A DNA stretch of 64,000 bases from an uncultured Chitinophaga sp. (GTDB lineage: Bacteria > Bacteroidota > Bacteroidia > Chitinophagales > Chitinophagaceae): positions 34,650 through 98,649 of the forward strand of contig CAZDUO010000005.1 of the NCBI GenBank assembly GCA_964508655.1. The letters run 5' to 3'. A program made the position numbers and the translations under genes. This document shows positions 30,820-40,100 of the stretch, in pieces. How positions within the stretch are numbered: the first letter of the stretch is position 1; every line of letters starts with the position of its first letter. The notes beneath the pieces were generated by a model. That model was not told the DNA's origin, made no database searches, and saw only the letters and a program-made list of their open reading frames with translations.

Positions 30820-31890
30820 ATGAAAAAAATAATCTTCCTCGCTGCGATTCTACTATCAACCCTGATCCGGGCGCAAACTGAAAATGGTTTGAAAGATTAT
30901 TACAATGAATATTTCACCATCGGTGTGGCGGTATCGCCGCGGGCACTGAAAACTGATGAGGCCGGGCTCATCATGCAGCATTTCGGAAGCATGACAGCCG
31001 AGAATGCCATGAAAATGGGACCCATTCATCCGGAAGAAAACAGGCACGACTGGGCCGGCGCCGATTCCATTGCGGCCTTTGCCAGAAGAAACAACCTGAA
31101 GCTTCGCGGCCATACGCTTTGCTGGCACAACCAGGCACCCCGCTGGTTTTTTATCCATGCAAACGGCGATACGGTGACAAAAGAAGTTCTTTTGCAGCGG
31201 CTGAAAGAACACATTACTGCCGTGGTGACAAGATACAAGGATGTAATTTATGCCTGGGATGTGGTGAATGAAGTGATTTCTGACAGGCCCGATGAATTTT
31301 ACAGGAACTCACCGTTTTACCGCATCTGCGGTGACGAATTTATAGCCAAAGCTTTTGAATATGCACATGCGGCCGATCCGAAAGCATTGCTTTTTTATAA
31401 TGACTACAATGAGATTAACCCGGTAAAGCGGGAAAAAATTTATACCCTGGTGAAAAATCTGAAAGATGCCGGCGTGCCCATTCATGGTTTGGGGCTGCAG
31501 GGGCATTGGTCAATTTTTGAACCCACAGAGCAAGTGCTGACAGAAACTTTTGAAAAGTTTAAACTGCTTGGTGTACAACTGCAGATAACCGAGTTGGACC
31601 TGTCGGTGTACCCGAAGGAACACAGCAGAAGAGAACGAAAACCCGAAGATGCCGATACAGCATACACACCCGAACGGGAAACAAAGCAGGCTGAAATGTA
31701 TGAAATGATTTTCCGTGTGTTCAGAAAATATAAAGATGTGCTGACGGGCGTTACCTTCTGGAACATCAGCGACCGCCATAGCTGGCTGGATAATTTTCCC
31801 GTGCCGGGAAGAAAAGATCACCCGCTGCTGTTTGACCGGAATTTGAAACCTAAAAAAGCTTATTGGAATATCGTGACTTTCACAGATTGA
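30820..31890 (+). CDS. GH10 endo-1,4-beta-xylanase
   Basis: I place the start at MKKIIFLAAILLSTLIRAQ (ATG at 30820). Motifs seen: LRGHTLCWHNQ.P.W, YAWDVVNE (acid/base Glu), LLFYNDYN, LQITELDLS (nucleophile Glu), TFWNISD. Confidence 0.92.
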   Translation: MKKIIFLAAILLSTLIRAQTENGLKDYYNEYFTIGVAVSPRALKTDEAGLIMQHFGSMTAENAMKMGPIHPEENRHDWAGADSIAAFARRNNLKLRGHTLCWHNQAPRWFFIHANGDTVTKEVLLQRLKEHITAVVTRYKDVIYAWDVVNEVISDRPDEFYRNSPFYRICGDEFIAKAFEYAHAADPKALLFYNDYNEINPVKREKIYTLVKNLKDAGVPIHGLGLQGHWSIFEPTEQVLTETFEKFKLLGVQLQITELDLSVYPKEHSRRERKPEDADTAYTPERETKQAEMYEMIFRVFRKYKDVLTGVTFWNISDRHSWLDNFPVPGRKDHPLLFDRNLKPKKAYWNIVTFTD

Positions 31891-32104
31891 ACGGAAATAT
31901 AGAGTTGTGGCAAAATGATTAACGCTGTTTTTTTAATTCACAATATGCACAGGAAGTGTTTTAAATAGATGGGCAGAGATTCATTGCTGATGTGGAAAAA
32001 CCGAATGATGAACGGAAATTCCATCCTGTGCTAATGCTCCGGATGGCAGGTGCGACAGAAGCTTAATAGTAAGACAAAAGCTGGCCTTATAAAAATTTTC
32101 ATTA

Positions 32105-34720
32105 ATGAAAAAAAATATTCTGATTACTGTTTTGTTTTTCTCATTTACACTTCATGCCCAGGACTTCAAATCATTCCCCATGTGGAATCCATCATTACCA
32201 ATTGAACAACGGGTAAATGATGTGGTCAGCCGGTTGACGCTGGAAGAAAAAGTGAAACAGATGCTGAATGCAACACCTTCAGTTCCCAGATTAGGTATTC
32301 CCGCTTATGACTGGTGGAATGAAGTGCTGCATGGTGTGGCGAGAACTCCATTTAAAGTTACATCCTACCCGCAGGCAATCGGCATGGCAGCAACATGGGA
32401 CACAAACTCAATGTACCGTATGGCCGACTACTCAGCACTCGAAGGAAGAGCCATACATAATAAAGCAATCGAACTCGGCAGAACTAACGAAAGATACCTG
32501 GGCCTTACTTACTGGACGCCGAACATCAACATCTTTCGAGACCCAAGATGGGGCCGCGGCCAGGAAACCTATGGCGAAGATCCGTTCTTAACTGCCATGC
32601 TGGCAAGGGCATTTGTAAGAGGCTTACAGGGCGAAGACCCGAAATACCTGAAAGCCGCGGCCTGTGCCAAACACTACGCTGTTCATAGCGGCCCCGAACC
32701 ATCGAGACATGTTGACAATTTTAATCCATCCACTTATGATTTATGGGATACATACCTGCCTGCATTTAAAGAATTAATTACAAAAGCTAATGTGGCTGGC
32801 GTAATGTGCGCCTACAATGCCGTAAATACACAGCCTTGCTGTGCAAATGATTTGCTGATGAATGATATTCTGCGCAAACATTGGAATTTTACCGGCTATG
32901 TTACGAGCGACTGCTGGGCCATTGATGATTTCTTTAAATATCATAAAACACATAAAGATTCTGTAACTGCTGCAGTAGATGGCGTAATGCACGGCACGGA
33001 TATCGAGTGTGGCACTTCGGTTTATTATACATTATATAATGGAGTAAAAAATGGTATGATAAAAGAAGAGCAAATTGATATTTCATTGAGAAGACTGTTT
33101 ATGATACGCTACCGGCTGGGTATGTTCGACCCGCCGGAGATGGTAAAGTTTGCCCAAACACCGGCATCCGTACTGGAAGCGCCGGCTCATAAAGCCCATG
33201 CATTGAAAATGGCGCAGCAAAGTTTGGTGTTGTTAAAAAATGAAACCAATACCTTGCCTTTGAAAAAAACAATTAAAAAAATTGCAGTGCTTGGGCCGAA
33301 TGCTGATAACCGGATATCGGTATTGGGAAATTACAATGGTACGCCTTCAAAAGTCGTTTCATTGCTGGATGGCCTGAAAGAAAAAATCGACAGCCATGTG
33401 GAGATCATTTATGAACAGGCCATCAATTTCGTAAACGATACCATGCTGGTTTATGAAGATGTAAGTAACCAGTACAGCATGGAAGGAAGTAAAGGTTTCA
33501 AAGCCGAATATTTTAATAACCGTGAACTACAGGGCAATCCCGTTACAACAAAAACGGAAACCAGGATTGATAATATCTGGCAGGAAGGCCAGGATGTAGT
33601 GGAAGGAATCAAGGCAAATAATTTCTCGGTACGCTATACTTCCAATTATACAGCAGCAAGGGATGGTTATATTACTTTTGAAATTGAAGCCGATGACGGC
33701 TATCGTTTTCTCATAAATGACAGAACGGTAATCAATGCCTGGCAGCGTAACCGCTGGGGCGCCAGAAACTACAAACTGGAAACAAAAAAAGATTCAGTTT
33801 ACAGGCTGGTGTTAGAATACTGGCAGGGTGAAGGCAAGGCAAATGTTGCTTTGCGTGCCGGCAATTTCAAAAGAACAGATTTCAATACAGTGGCTGAAAA
33901 AGTAAAAGATGCTGACGTAATCATTTTTGCGGGAGGCATTTCACCCCAGCTTGAAGGAGAAGAAATGCCGGTAAACGCACCGGGCTTTAATGGCGGCGAC
34001 AAAACAACAATCTTATTACCTGCAGTTCAAACCGAACTGATGAAAGCATTGAAATCAACCGGAAAACCGGTAGTGTTTGTAATGATGACAGGAAGCGCCA
34101 TCGCTATTCCATGGGAAAATGAAAATATTCCTGCCATCGTGAATGCATGGTATGGCGGACAAGCTGCAGGTACTGCCATCGCTGATGTTTTGTTTGGCGA
34201 TTATAATCCTGCAGGCCGTTTGCCTGTTACATTTTACAAAAGCGACAGCGACCTCCCGGATTTCAAGAGCTATGATATGACCAACAGGACATATCGCTAT
34301 TTTACAGGTGAAGCATTGTATCCTTTTGGTTATGGATTGAGTTATTCAACATTTAACTATAGCGGATTAACAGCGCCTGCATCTGTAATAAGAGGAAAAA
34401 ATATAACCATTACCGCAATTGTAAAGAATACCGGCAAGAAAGATGGAGAGGAAGTGGTGCAACTGTATATATCCTACCCGGGCATAAAAGAAAAAGCCCC
34501 TTTAAAAATGCTGAAAGGATTTAAGCGTATTTTATTAAAGGCCGGCGAAAGCAAAAAAATCTCATTTACTCTTACACCCGAGCAGCTAAGTCTGGTAAAT
34601 GAAAATGGAAAAATTTATCAGCCAAAAGGCAATATGACAATCAGTGTTGGCGGAGGTCAGCCGGGTGTAAAAAACAAAACAACCAGTAATGTGGTGACAA
34701 AACTGGTAACAATTGAATAA
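32105..34720 (+). CDS. GH3 beta-xylosidase/beta-glucosidase with inserted PA14 domain
   Basis: 871 aa with a signal peptide. Motifs seen: WWNEVLHGV, RDPRWGRGQETYGEDP, GYVTSDC (nucleophile Asp context). A PA14-like insertion (GFKAEYFNNRELQGNPV ... YRFLINDRTVINAW) splits the alpha/beta sandwich domain. The C-terminal domain is Fn3-like. Confidence 0.9.
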   Translation: MKKNILITVLFFSFTLHAQDFKSFPMWNPSLPIEQRVNDVVSRLTLEEKVKQMLNATPSVPRLGIPAYDWWNEVLHGVARTPFKVTSYPQAIGMAATWDTNSMYRMADYSALEGRAIHNKAIELGRTNERYLGLTYWTPNINIFRDPRWGRGQETYGEDPFLTAMLARAFVRGLQGEDPKYLKAAACAKHYAVHSGPEPSRHVDNFNPSTYDLWDTYLPAFKELITKANVAGVMCAYNAVNTQPCCANDLLMNDILRKHWNFTGYVTSDCWAIDDFFKYHKTHKDSVTAAVDGVMHGTDIECGTSVYYTLYNGVKNGMIKEEQIDISLRRLFMIRYRLGMFDPPEMVKFAQTPASVLEAPAHKAHALKMAQQSLVLLKNETNTLPLKKTIKKIAVLGPNADNRISVLGNYNGTPSKVVSLLDGLKEKIDSHVEIIYEQAINFVNDTMLVYEDVSNQYSMEGSKGFKAEYFNNRELQGNPVTTKTETRIDNIWQEGQDVVEGIKANNFSVRYTSNYTAARDGYITFEIEADDGYRFLINDRTVINAWQRNRWGARNYKLETKKDSVYRLVLEYWQGEGKANVALRAGNFKRTDFNTVAEKVKDADVIIFAGGISPQLEGEEMPVNAPGFNGGDKTTILLPAVQTELMKALKSTGKPVVFVMMTGSAIAIPWENENIPAIVNAWYGGQAAGTAIADVLFGDYNPAGRLPVTFYKSDSDLPDFKSYDMTNRTYRYFTGEALYPFGYGLSYSTFNYSGLTAPASVIRGKNITITAIVKNTGKKDGEEVVQLYISYPGIKEKAPLKMLKGFKRILLKAGESKKISFTLTPEQLSLVNENGKIYQPKGNMTISVGGGQPGVKNKTTSNVVTKLVTIE

Positions 34721-34734
34721 AAAAAGTAATTGAT

Positions 34735-35919
34735 ATGAACACACACAAAACAGGCAGAAGAAAATTTTTACACAACGTAACAAAAGCATCAGGCATGATG
34801 CTGTTAGCGCCATTAGCGGGTGCAGCCAAATTTAAATCTGTAAAATCCTGCAGTAAGCCGGTTGACACATTTATTCCTCCCGGTAAAATAAAGTTTGCTG
34901 TTATCAATATCAATCATCCGCATATTTATGGAATGACCGATGCCATAAAACGGGGCGGTGGCGAACTGGTTTCGGTTTATGCCAAAGAAGCTGATTTGTT
35001 AGCCGCTTATGTAAAAACATATCCTGATGTTAAGCAGGCGAAAAGTGAGAATGAAATTTTAAACGACCCTTCCATCCAATTAGTGTTAAGCTCCGGCATA
35101 CCCGATGAAAGGGCGCCGCTGGGTATAAAAGTAATGCAGCATGGAAAAGATTATTTAACGGATAAGCCCGGTATTATTACATTAAAGCAACTGGCCGAAG
35201 TAAAGAAGGTGCAGAAAGAAACCAAACGCATTTACTCCATCATGTACAGTGAACGATTGGAAAACCGTGGCACAGAAAAAGCCAGCCAGTTAGTTAAGGC
35301 TGGTGCAATAGGAAATGTAATTCAAACTATAAACATCGCACCACACCGCATCAGCAATAAGTTCGGCACTTCCGGTTTGGCAGTAAGGCCCGACTGGTTT
35401 TGGGATAAGAAAAGATATGGTGGTATTTTAACAGATATTGGCTCACACCAGTTCGACCAGTTTCTGCATTTTACTAATTCAACTGAGGCAAAAATTTTAG
35501 CATCGCAGGTGGGCAATGTACATTTTCCGCAGGCACCGAACTTTGAAGATTTTGGAGATGTGATGCTGACGGGCAATGGCGGCACCGGTTATATACGGGT
35601 GGACTGGTTTACACCAAACGGATTAGACAGTTGGGGCGATGGCCGCCTGACCATACTGGGAACGGATGGATATATTGAAGTAAGAAAAAACATTGACATT
35701 CTCTCCGGCAATAAAGGCGGTAACCATTTATACTTAGTCAATCAAAAAGAAACAGTGCACATGGATTGTAATAATGAACCGCTGCCTTTCGGGCCTTTGT
35801 TTGTAGATGATGTGCTGAACAGAACAGAAACCGCCATGAGCCAGGCACATTGTTTTTTGGCAACAGAGCTGGCATTGCTGGCGCAGAAAAATGCAAAGGT
35901 GATGGGATTGAAAAAATAA
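34735..35919 (+). CDS. Gfo/Idh/MocA family oxidoreductase with twin-arginine (Tat) signal
   Basis: 394 aa. The N-terminus is MNTHKTGRRKFLHNVTKASGMMLLAPLAGAA (RRxFL Tat motif), followed by a Rossmann-type KFAVININHPHIYGM region. It starts 14 nt after the GH3 stop. Confidence 0.8.
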   Translation: MNTHKTGRRKFLHNVTKASGMMLLAPLAGAAKFKSVKSCSKPVDTFIPPGKIKFAVININHPHIYGMTDAIKRGGGELVSVYAKEADLLAAYVKTYPDVKQAKSENEILNDPSIQLVLSSGIPDERAPLGIKVMQHGKDYLTDKPGIITLKQLAEVKKVQKETKRIYSIMYSERLENRGTEKASQLVKAGAIGNVIQTINIAPHRISNKFGTSGLAVRPDWFWDKKRYGGILTDIGSHQFDQFLHFTNSTEAKILASQVGNVHFPQAPNFEDFGDVMLTGNGGTGYIRVDWFTPNGLDSWGDGRLTILGTDGYIEVRKNIDILSGNKGGNHLYLVNQKETVHMDCNNEPLPFGPLFVDDVLNRTETAMSQAHCFLATELALLAQKNAKVMGLKK

Positions 35920-35935
35920 ATGCCCGCAGTTTTTT

Positions 35936-36020
35936 AACCGCTAAGAACGCAATGTATTTCGCAAAGGGCACAAAGGCTTATCGTACTTTGCGCTGTATTT
36001 CCTTAGCGGCCTTTGCGGTT
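35936..36020. repeat. REP-like long imperfect inverted repeat built from CGCAAAG/CGCTAAG units
   Basis: Sequence: AACCGCTAAG..CGCAAAG...CTTTGCG..CTTAGCGG..GCGGTT. The arms pair at the CCGCTAAG/CTTAGCGG, CGCAAAG/CTTTGCG and AACCGC/GCGGTT blocks, around a centre near 35975. Confidence 0.55.
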
Positions 36021-36082
36021 ATACTTGCACAATAGAATTTATGCCGTACAAGTGAGTGACACAACGATGCTAATTAGAATTA

Positions 36083-36100
36083 TCCCGATAGCTATCGGGA
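36083..36100. repeat. perfect 18-bp palindrome TCCCGATAGCTATCGGGA, 36 nt upstream of the second Tat-oxidoreductase
   Basis: The first 9 nt (TCCCGATAG) are the exact reverse complement of the last 9 (CTATCGGGA). It could be a protein-binding site or a 7-bp/4-nt-loop hairpin. Confidence 0.6.
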
Positions 36101-36135
36101 CAGGTAACAAAAAATAAATTAATAAACTAAACTGT

Positions 36136-37515
36136 ATGAAAAAGAATAAAACAAGCCGCAGAAAATTTATAGGCGATACTTTAAAAGCCTCCGCATTGCT
36201 GGCTTTCCCCTCCATTGTCCCTGCCAGTGTGTTTGGTAAAAATTCACCCAGCAACCGCATTAATATAGCTGCTATTGGTGCAGGTCGTATTTCCCGCACA
36301 CATGATATGCCGGGTGTGTGGCAATACGATTATACGCAACTGATGGCTGTTTGTGATGTTGATTCGTTAAGAGCGGAAGACGGCAAAAAACTAATCAATG
36401 AATACTACACAAAACGTGATGGTAAACCATTTGATGGCGTAAAAGTTTATACAGATTACCGTGAGCTGTTATTGAACAAGGATATTGACGCCGTACTCAT
36501 CAGCACTCCTGACCATTCACATGCCATGATTGGTGTGGCTGCAGCAAAAGCAGGCAAACATATTTATATGCAGAAACCTGCTTCGCTTACGATTGCTGAA
36601 GGAAGAATTATCAGTGATGTGGTTAAGAAAAGCGGAGTGAAGTTTCAAATAGGCAGCCAGCAAAGAAGTAGTGAACAATTTAGATATGCTGCAGAGTTAG
36701 TACGCAACGGAAGAATTGGCGAATTAAAAACAGTGTATGTAGGTTTACCCGGCGATCCACCCGGTGGTAATAAAACCGAAATGCCTGTTCCAAAAAATCT
36801 GAACTATGATATGTGGCTCGCATCCACACCTGAAGTTTATTACACAGAAGAACGGGTGCATCCTCAAAAAGATTATGGCAGGCCAGGATGGTTACGCTGC
36901 GAGCAATTTGGCGCCGGTATGATTACTGGCTGGGGCTCGCATCATATTGACAGTGCTCATTGGGGCATGGGAATGGAAACCAGTGGGCCAGTTGAAATAT
37001 GGTGTGATAAGGTGGAGTTTGCAACAGGTGGTTTATGGGATGTACATGGCCTTTTTAAAACCGGCGCCCGGTATGCCAATGGCGTTACCATGATAGTTAG
37101 TAATGAATTTCAGAACGGGATAAAATTTGAAGGCTCCGAAGGCTGGATATTTGTTTCAAGAGGCGATTACCAGGTAACGGCCAGCGACCCCGCTAAACCC
37201 GGTGAGCAGGCAAAAAAAATTGATGCCAGCAACCCGGCCGTGCTCACATCGGTAATTGGCGAAAATGAATTTCATTTTACCGTAAGCAAAAATCATCACG
37301 GCAACTGGCTGGAGGCAATACGGGATAACAAAGCCACCATTGCGCCGGTGGAAGAAGCACACCGCAGTTGCAGTACATGTCTTTTGCATCATATAAGTAT
37401 GAAACTGAAAAGAAAACTGTATTGGGATCCGCAGAAAGAAAAATTTGAAAATGATGAGGAAGCCAATAAAATGTTATCCAGACCGCAACGCAAAGTGTAT
37501 GAGGTAAAATACTGA
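36136..37515 (+). CDS. Gfo/Idh/MocA family oxidoreductase with Tat signal (GH109-like architecture)
   Basis: 459 aa. The N-terminus is MKKNKTSRRKFIGDTLKASALLAFPSIVPASVFG (Tat motif). Also seen: INIAAIGAGRISRTH Rossmann and DAVLISTPDHSHA. The size and Tat signal resemble NAD-dependent GH109-type proteins. Confidence 0.8.
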   Translation: MKKNKTSRRKFIGDTLKASALLAFPSIVPASVFGKNSPSNRINIAAIGAGRISRTHDMPGVWQYDYTQLMAVCDVDSLRAEDGKKLINEYYTKRDGKPFDGVKVYTDYRELLLNKDIDAVLISTPDHSHAMIGVAAAKAGKHIYMQKPASLTIAEGRIISDVVKKSGVKFQIGSQQRSSEQFRYAAELVRNGRIGELKTVYVGLPGDPPGGNKTEMPVPKNLNYDMWLASTPEVYYTEERVHPQKDYGRPGWLRCEQFGAGMITGWGSHHIDSAHWGMGMETSGPVEIWCDKVEFATGGLWDVHGLFKTGARYANGVTMIVSNEFQNGIKFEGSEGWIFVSRGDYQVTASDPAKPGEQAKKIDASNPAVLTSVIGENEFHFTVSKNHHGNWLEAIRDNKATIAPVEEAHRSCSTCLLHHISMKLKRKLYWDPQKEKFENDEEANKMLSRPQRKVYEVKY

Positions 37516-37744
37516 TATAAAACATTCTTCATTACCTGATGCTGCTTCCGGCCTTCAGTTTTTTTGCAGACAGATCCAACTCTTTCCGGTAAATACAACT
37601 GCAAAAACCTGATGGTAAAATGCATAAAATAGTATTGGGGTTTTGCAAGCAGGCATACGTAAGATGCTGCGTCTTTACAGATCAAATGAAGAATGATTTT
37701 TTCGATAAAACCTTTAAAGTATCCAGGATCCGGAATTAGGGCAT

Positions 37745-38056
37745 TTGTGCCTCCGGGCTTTACTCCACGGGTACCCGGTGAGTGATATATCTTTTTCTGC
37801 TACAATCAGAAATGCGTTTGATAATATAAGTGCAAAATTCCACGGCGTTGAATTATACAAGACTGCAAGTGGCCGGAGTATTATATTGCCGGAGCATCTG
37901 GTGAAAGAACAGGAAGTTTATTTTGCAATTGTGACTGAAAAATTCCTTGAATATTTAAAAAACAGCTATTTGCCTGCATGGGAGCTACCGGATATGACCG
38001 CTATATATTTCACCACAATACGGAGACTTGAGCATGCTTTAAAAAACAAAGACTGA
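37745..38056 (+). pseudogene. remnant: C-terminal fragment of a 'putative oxidoreductase C-terminal domain' (Gfo/Idh/MocA-associated) gene
   Basis: The only start is a TTG. The translated tail IILPEHLVKEQEVYFAIVTEKFLEYLKNSYLPAWELPDMTAIYFTTIRRLEHALKN resembles the conserved C-terminus (..GHEAHF..VTE.FL.YLK.G.LP.WE.PNM..KY.TT..ALE.A) of ~420-aa oxidoreductases. Key residues have diverged and about 300 codons are missing. Confidence 0.45.
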
Positions 38057-39996
38057 TGAAAAAATTTTTAACTGTTTGTATAGCAAGCGCTGTCCTTCAG
38101 CCCGTGTTTACACAGGTGAAGCTGCCGCAACTGATCCGCGACAGCATGATTCTTCAACGGGATGTACCGCTGAAGATTTGGGGCTGGGCATCACCCGGTG
38201 AAAAAGTGAATATCCGGTTTTTGAATAAAAAATATTCAACCCGTACCGGAACGGATGGTAATTGGTTGATCACGCTTTCTCCGGCAAATGCAGGCGGGCC
38301 CTTTACAATGGATATCACGGGGAAGAATAAAATAATACTCAAGGAAATCCTGGTTGGCGATGTATGGTTTTGCAGCGGGCAATCCAATATGGTGCATCAA
38401 ATGGGAATTCATGATGTATTGTATGCAAAAGAAATTGCTGAAGCAAATAACCCGCAGATACGGCAGTTCTGGATTCAAACGATGACAAACCTGCAAGGTC
38501 CCCTCAATGATTTTCCATCCGTCCCGAATGTCTCGGGATGGAAATCTGCAGTGGGAGAAGATATCAGGCCGTTCTCTGCTGTTGCTTACTTCTTTGCAAA
38601 AAAAATTTATGAAAAATATCATATCCCCATTGGCATTATCAATTCAAGTGTTGGCGGCACACCCATCGAGGCATGGATAAGTGAAGAAGGGTTAAAAGAT
38701 TTTGCTGAAATACAAAAAACTATTCAGAAAAATAAAGACACTGCCTATATAAATAGCTTGAACAGACCGGCAAATACCAACAGGCCTTCACCGCAAATCA
38801 CTGATCTGGGTTTAATAAGTTCACCCAGGTGGTTTGATGTTTCTTACTCCCCAAAAAGCTGGAAGAACATAAACATTCCCGGCTACTGGGAAGACCAGGG
38901 CATCAAAGATTTGAATGGCGTGGTTTGGTACCGCAAAGAAATTGATATTCCCGCATTCATGACTGGTAAGCCGGCAAAAGTTTTTCTCGGAAGAATTGTA
39001 GATGCCGATGTATTATATATTAATGGCAAACAGGTTGGCCTTACCACGTATCAATATCCGCAAAGAAGATACCCTGTTGCCGCTGACGTGTTGAAAGCAG
39101 GTAAAAACATTTTTGTTATTAAAGTAACCAACACCGCAGGCAAAGGCGGGTTTGTTCCTGATAAACCATATTACATTTTCTCCGGCAATGATACGGTTGA
39201 CCTGAAGGGAACATGGCAATATAAAGTGGGTGATGTATTTATTCCCCGTGCGCCGGGTGGCGGCGGTTTGGGCATCAGTGCACAAAATCAACCCACAGCT
39301 TTATACAATGCAATGGCGGCGCCTGCCATTAATTATACTATCAGGGGATTTGTTTGGTACCAGGGCGAATCCAATACCGGAAGGGCCGCTGAATATGCAA
39401 AGCTTCAGCCGGCATTGATTAATGACTGGCGCAGTAAATGGAACCTGGGTGAGCTGCCTTTTATCTATGCACAGCTGCCCGGTTTTATGGATTATAACTA
39501 TATCCCATCTGAAAGTAACTGGGCAATGTTCCGGGAGTCACAATTAAAATCTTTATCAGTTCCCAATACAGCGATGGCTGTTGCCATTGACCTGGGTGAG
39601 TGGAATGATATTCATCCCGATAATAAAAAAGATGTGGGTGAGCGGCTGGCTCTAGGCGCATTAAAGATTGCGTATGGAGAAAATATTGTTTACTCCGGCC
39701 CCATTTTTCAATCAGCAACAATTGAAGGAAATAAAATCATCATCAGCTTTCATCATACAGGAAGTGGTTTAACAACAAATGATGGCGAAGCGCCTGCTGA
39801 GTTTGCCATTGCAGGCGAAGACAAAAAATTTGTATGGGCAAAAGCAAGAATAGATGGTAATAAAGTTGTGGTATGGAATGATGAAGTGCAAAATCCGAAG
39901 TATGTAAGATATGCATGGGCTGACAATCCTGTGAATCCGAACTTATATAATAAAGAAGGTTTACCAGCGTCACCATTCAGAACAGATGAAAAATAA
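38056..39996 (+). CDS. sialate-O-acetylesterase-like (SASA/SGNH) carbohydrate esterase, probable acetyl-xylan esterase, with inserted beta-sandwich domain
   Basis: 646 aa with a signal peptide. Motifs seen: GDVWFCSGQSNM (catalytic Ser block), FVWYQGESN, DIHPDNKKDVGERLA. The middle segment (NGVVWYRKEIDIP ... LYINGKQVG) looks like a galactose-binding-like sandwich. Its ATG overlaps the stop of the upstream remnant (TGATG). Confidence 0.8.
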   Translation: MKKFLTVCIASAVLQPVFTQVKLPQLIRDSMILQRDVPLKIWGWASPGEKVNIRFLNKKYSTRTGTDGNWLITLSPANAGGPFTMDITGKNKIILKEILVGDVWFCSGQSNMVHQMGIHDVLYAKEIAEANNPQIRQFWIQTMTNLQGPLNDFPSVPNVSGWKSAVGEDIRPFSAVAYFFAKKIYEKYHIPIGIINSSVGGTPIEAWISEEGLKDFAEIQKTIQKNKDTAYINSLNRPANTNRPSPQITDLGLISSPRWFDVSYSPKSWKNINIPGYWEDQGIKDLNGVVWYRKEIDIPAFMTGKPAKVFLGRIVDADVLYINGKQVGLTTYQYPQRRYPVAADVLKAGKNIFVIKVTNTAGKGGFVPDKPYYIFSGNDTVDLKGTWQYKVGDVFIPRAPGGGGLGISAQNQPTALYNAMAAPAINYTIRGFVWYQGESNTGRAAEYAKLQPALINDWRSKWNLGELPFIYAQLPGFMDYNYIPSESNWAMFRESQLKSLSVPNTAMAVAIDLGEWNDIHPDNKKDVGERLALGALKIAYGENIVYSGPIFQSATIEGNKIIISFHHTGSGLTTNDGEAPAEFAIAGEDKKFVWAKARIDGNKVVVWNDEVQNPKYVRYAWADNPVNPNLYNKEGLPASPFRTDEK

Positions 39997-39998
39997 TT

Positions 39999-40087
39999 CT
40001 CACAGATTACACAGATTTACACAGAATGAAGCCATATAAACTACATATACAATAAAAGAATCTGTGGATGTCTGTGAAATCTGTGAG
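39999..40087. repeat. REP-like inverted repeat built from CACAGAT units (copy 2)
   Basis: Sequence: CTCACAGATTACACAGATTTACACAGAAT ... GAATCTGTGGATGTCTGTGAAATCTGTGAG. The outer 10 bp are identical to copy 1. Each arm has three 10-nt-spaced CACAGA units around an AT-rich ~30-nt centre. It starts 3 nt after the esterase stop. Confidence 0.7.
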
Positions 40088-40100
40088 CTAAAAAAATATT

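Noticed and set aside
31888-32019. Direct 11-mer repeat TGAACGGAAAT at 31888 and 32009 in the 214-bp GH10-GH3 gap, considered as a possible small RNA or remnant
   Set aside because: It is an isolated short repeat found post hoc. There is no surrounding dyad symmetry, ORF or further copies that I could see.
36039-36299. 86-aa minus-strand ORF across the REP/palindrome gap and the 5' end of the second oxidoreductase
   Set aside because: It overlaps repeats and is antisense to a Tat-signal gene. Its hydrophobic translation derives from the reverse complement of the signal-peptide region.
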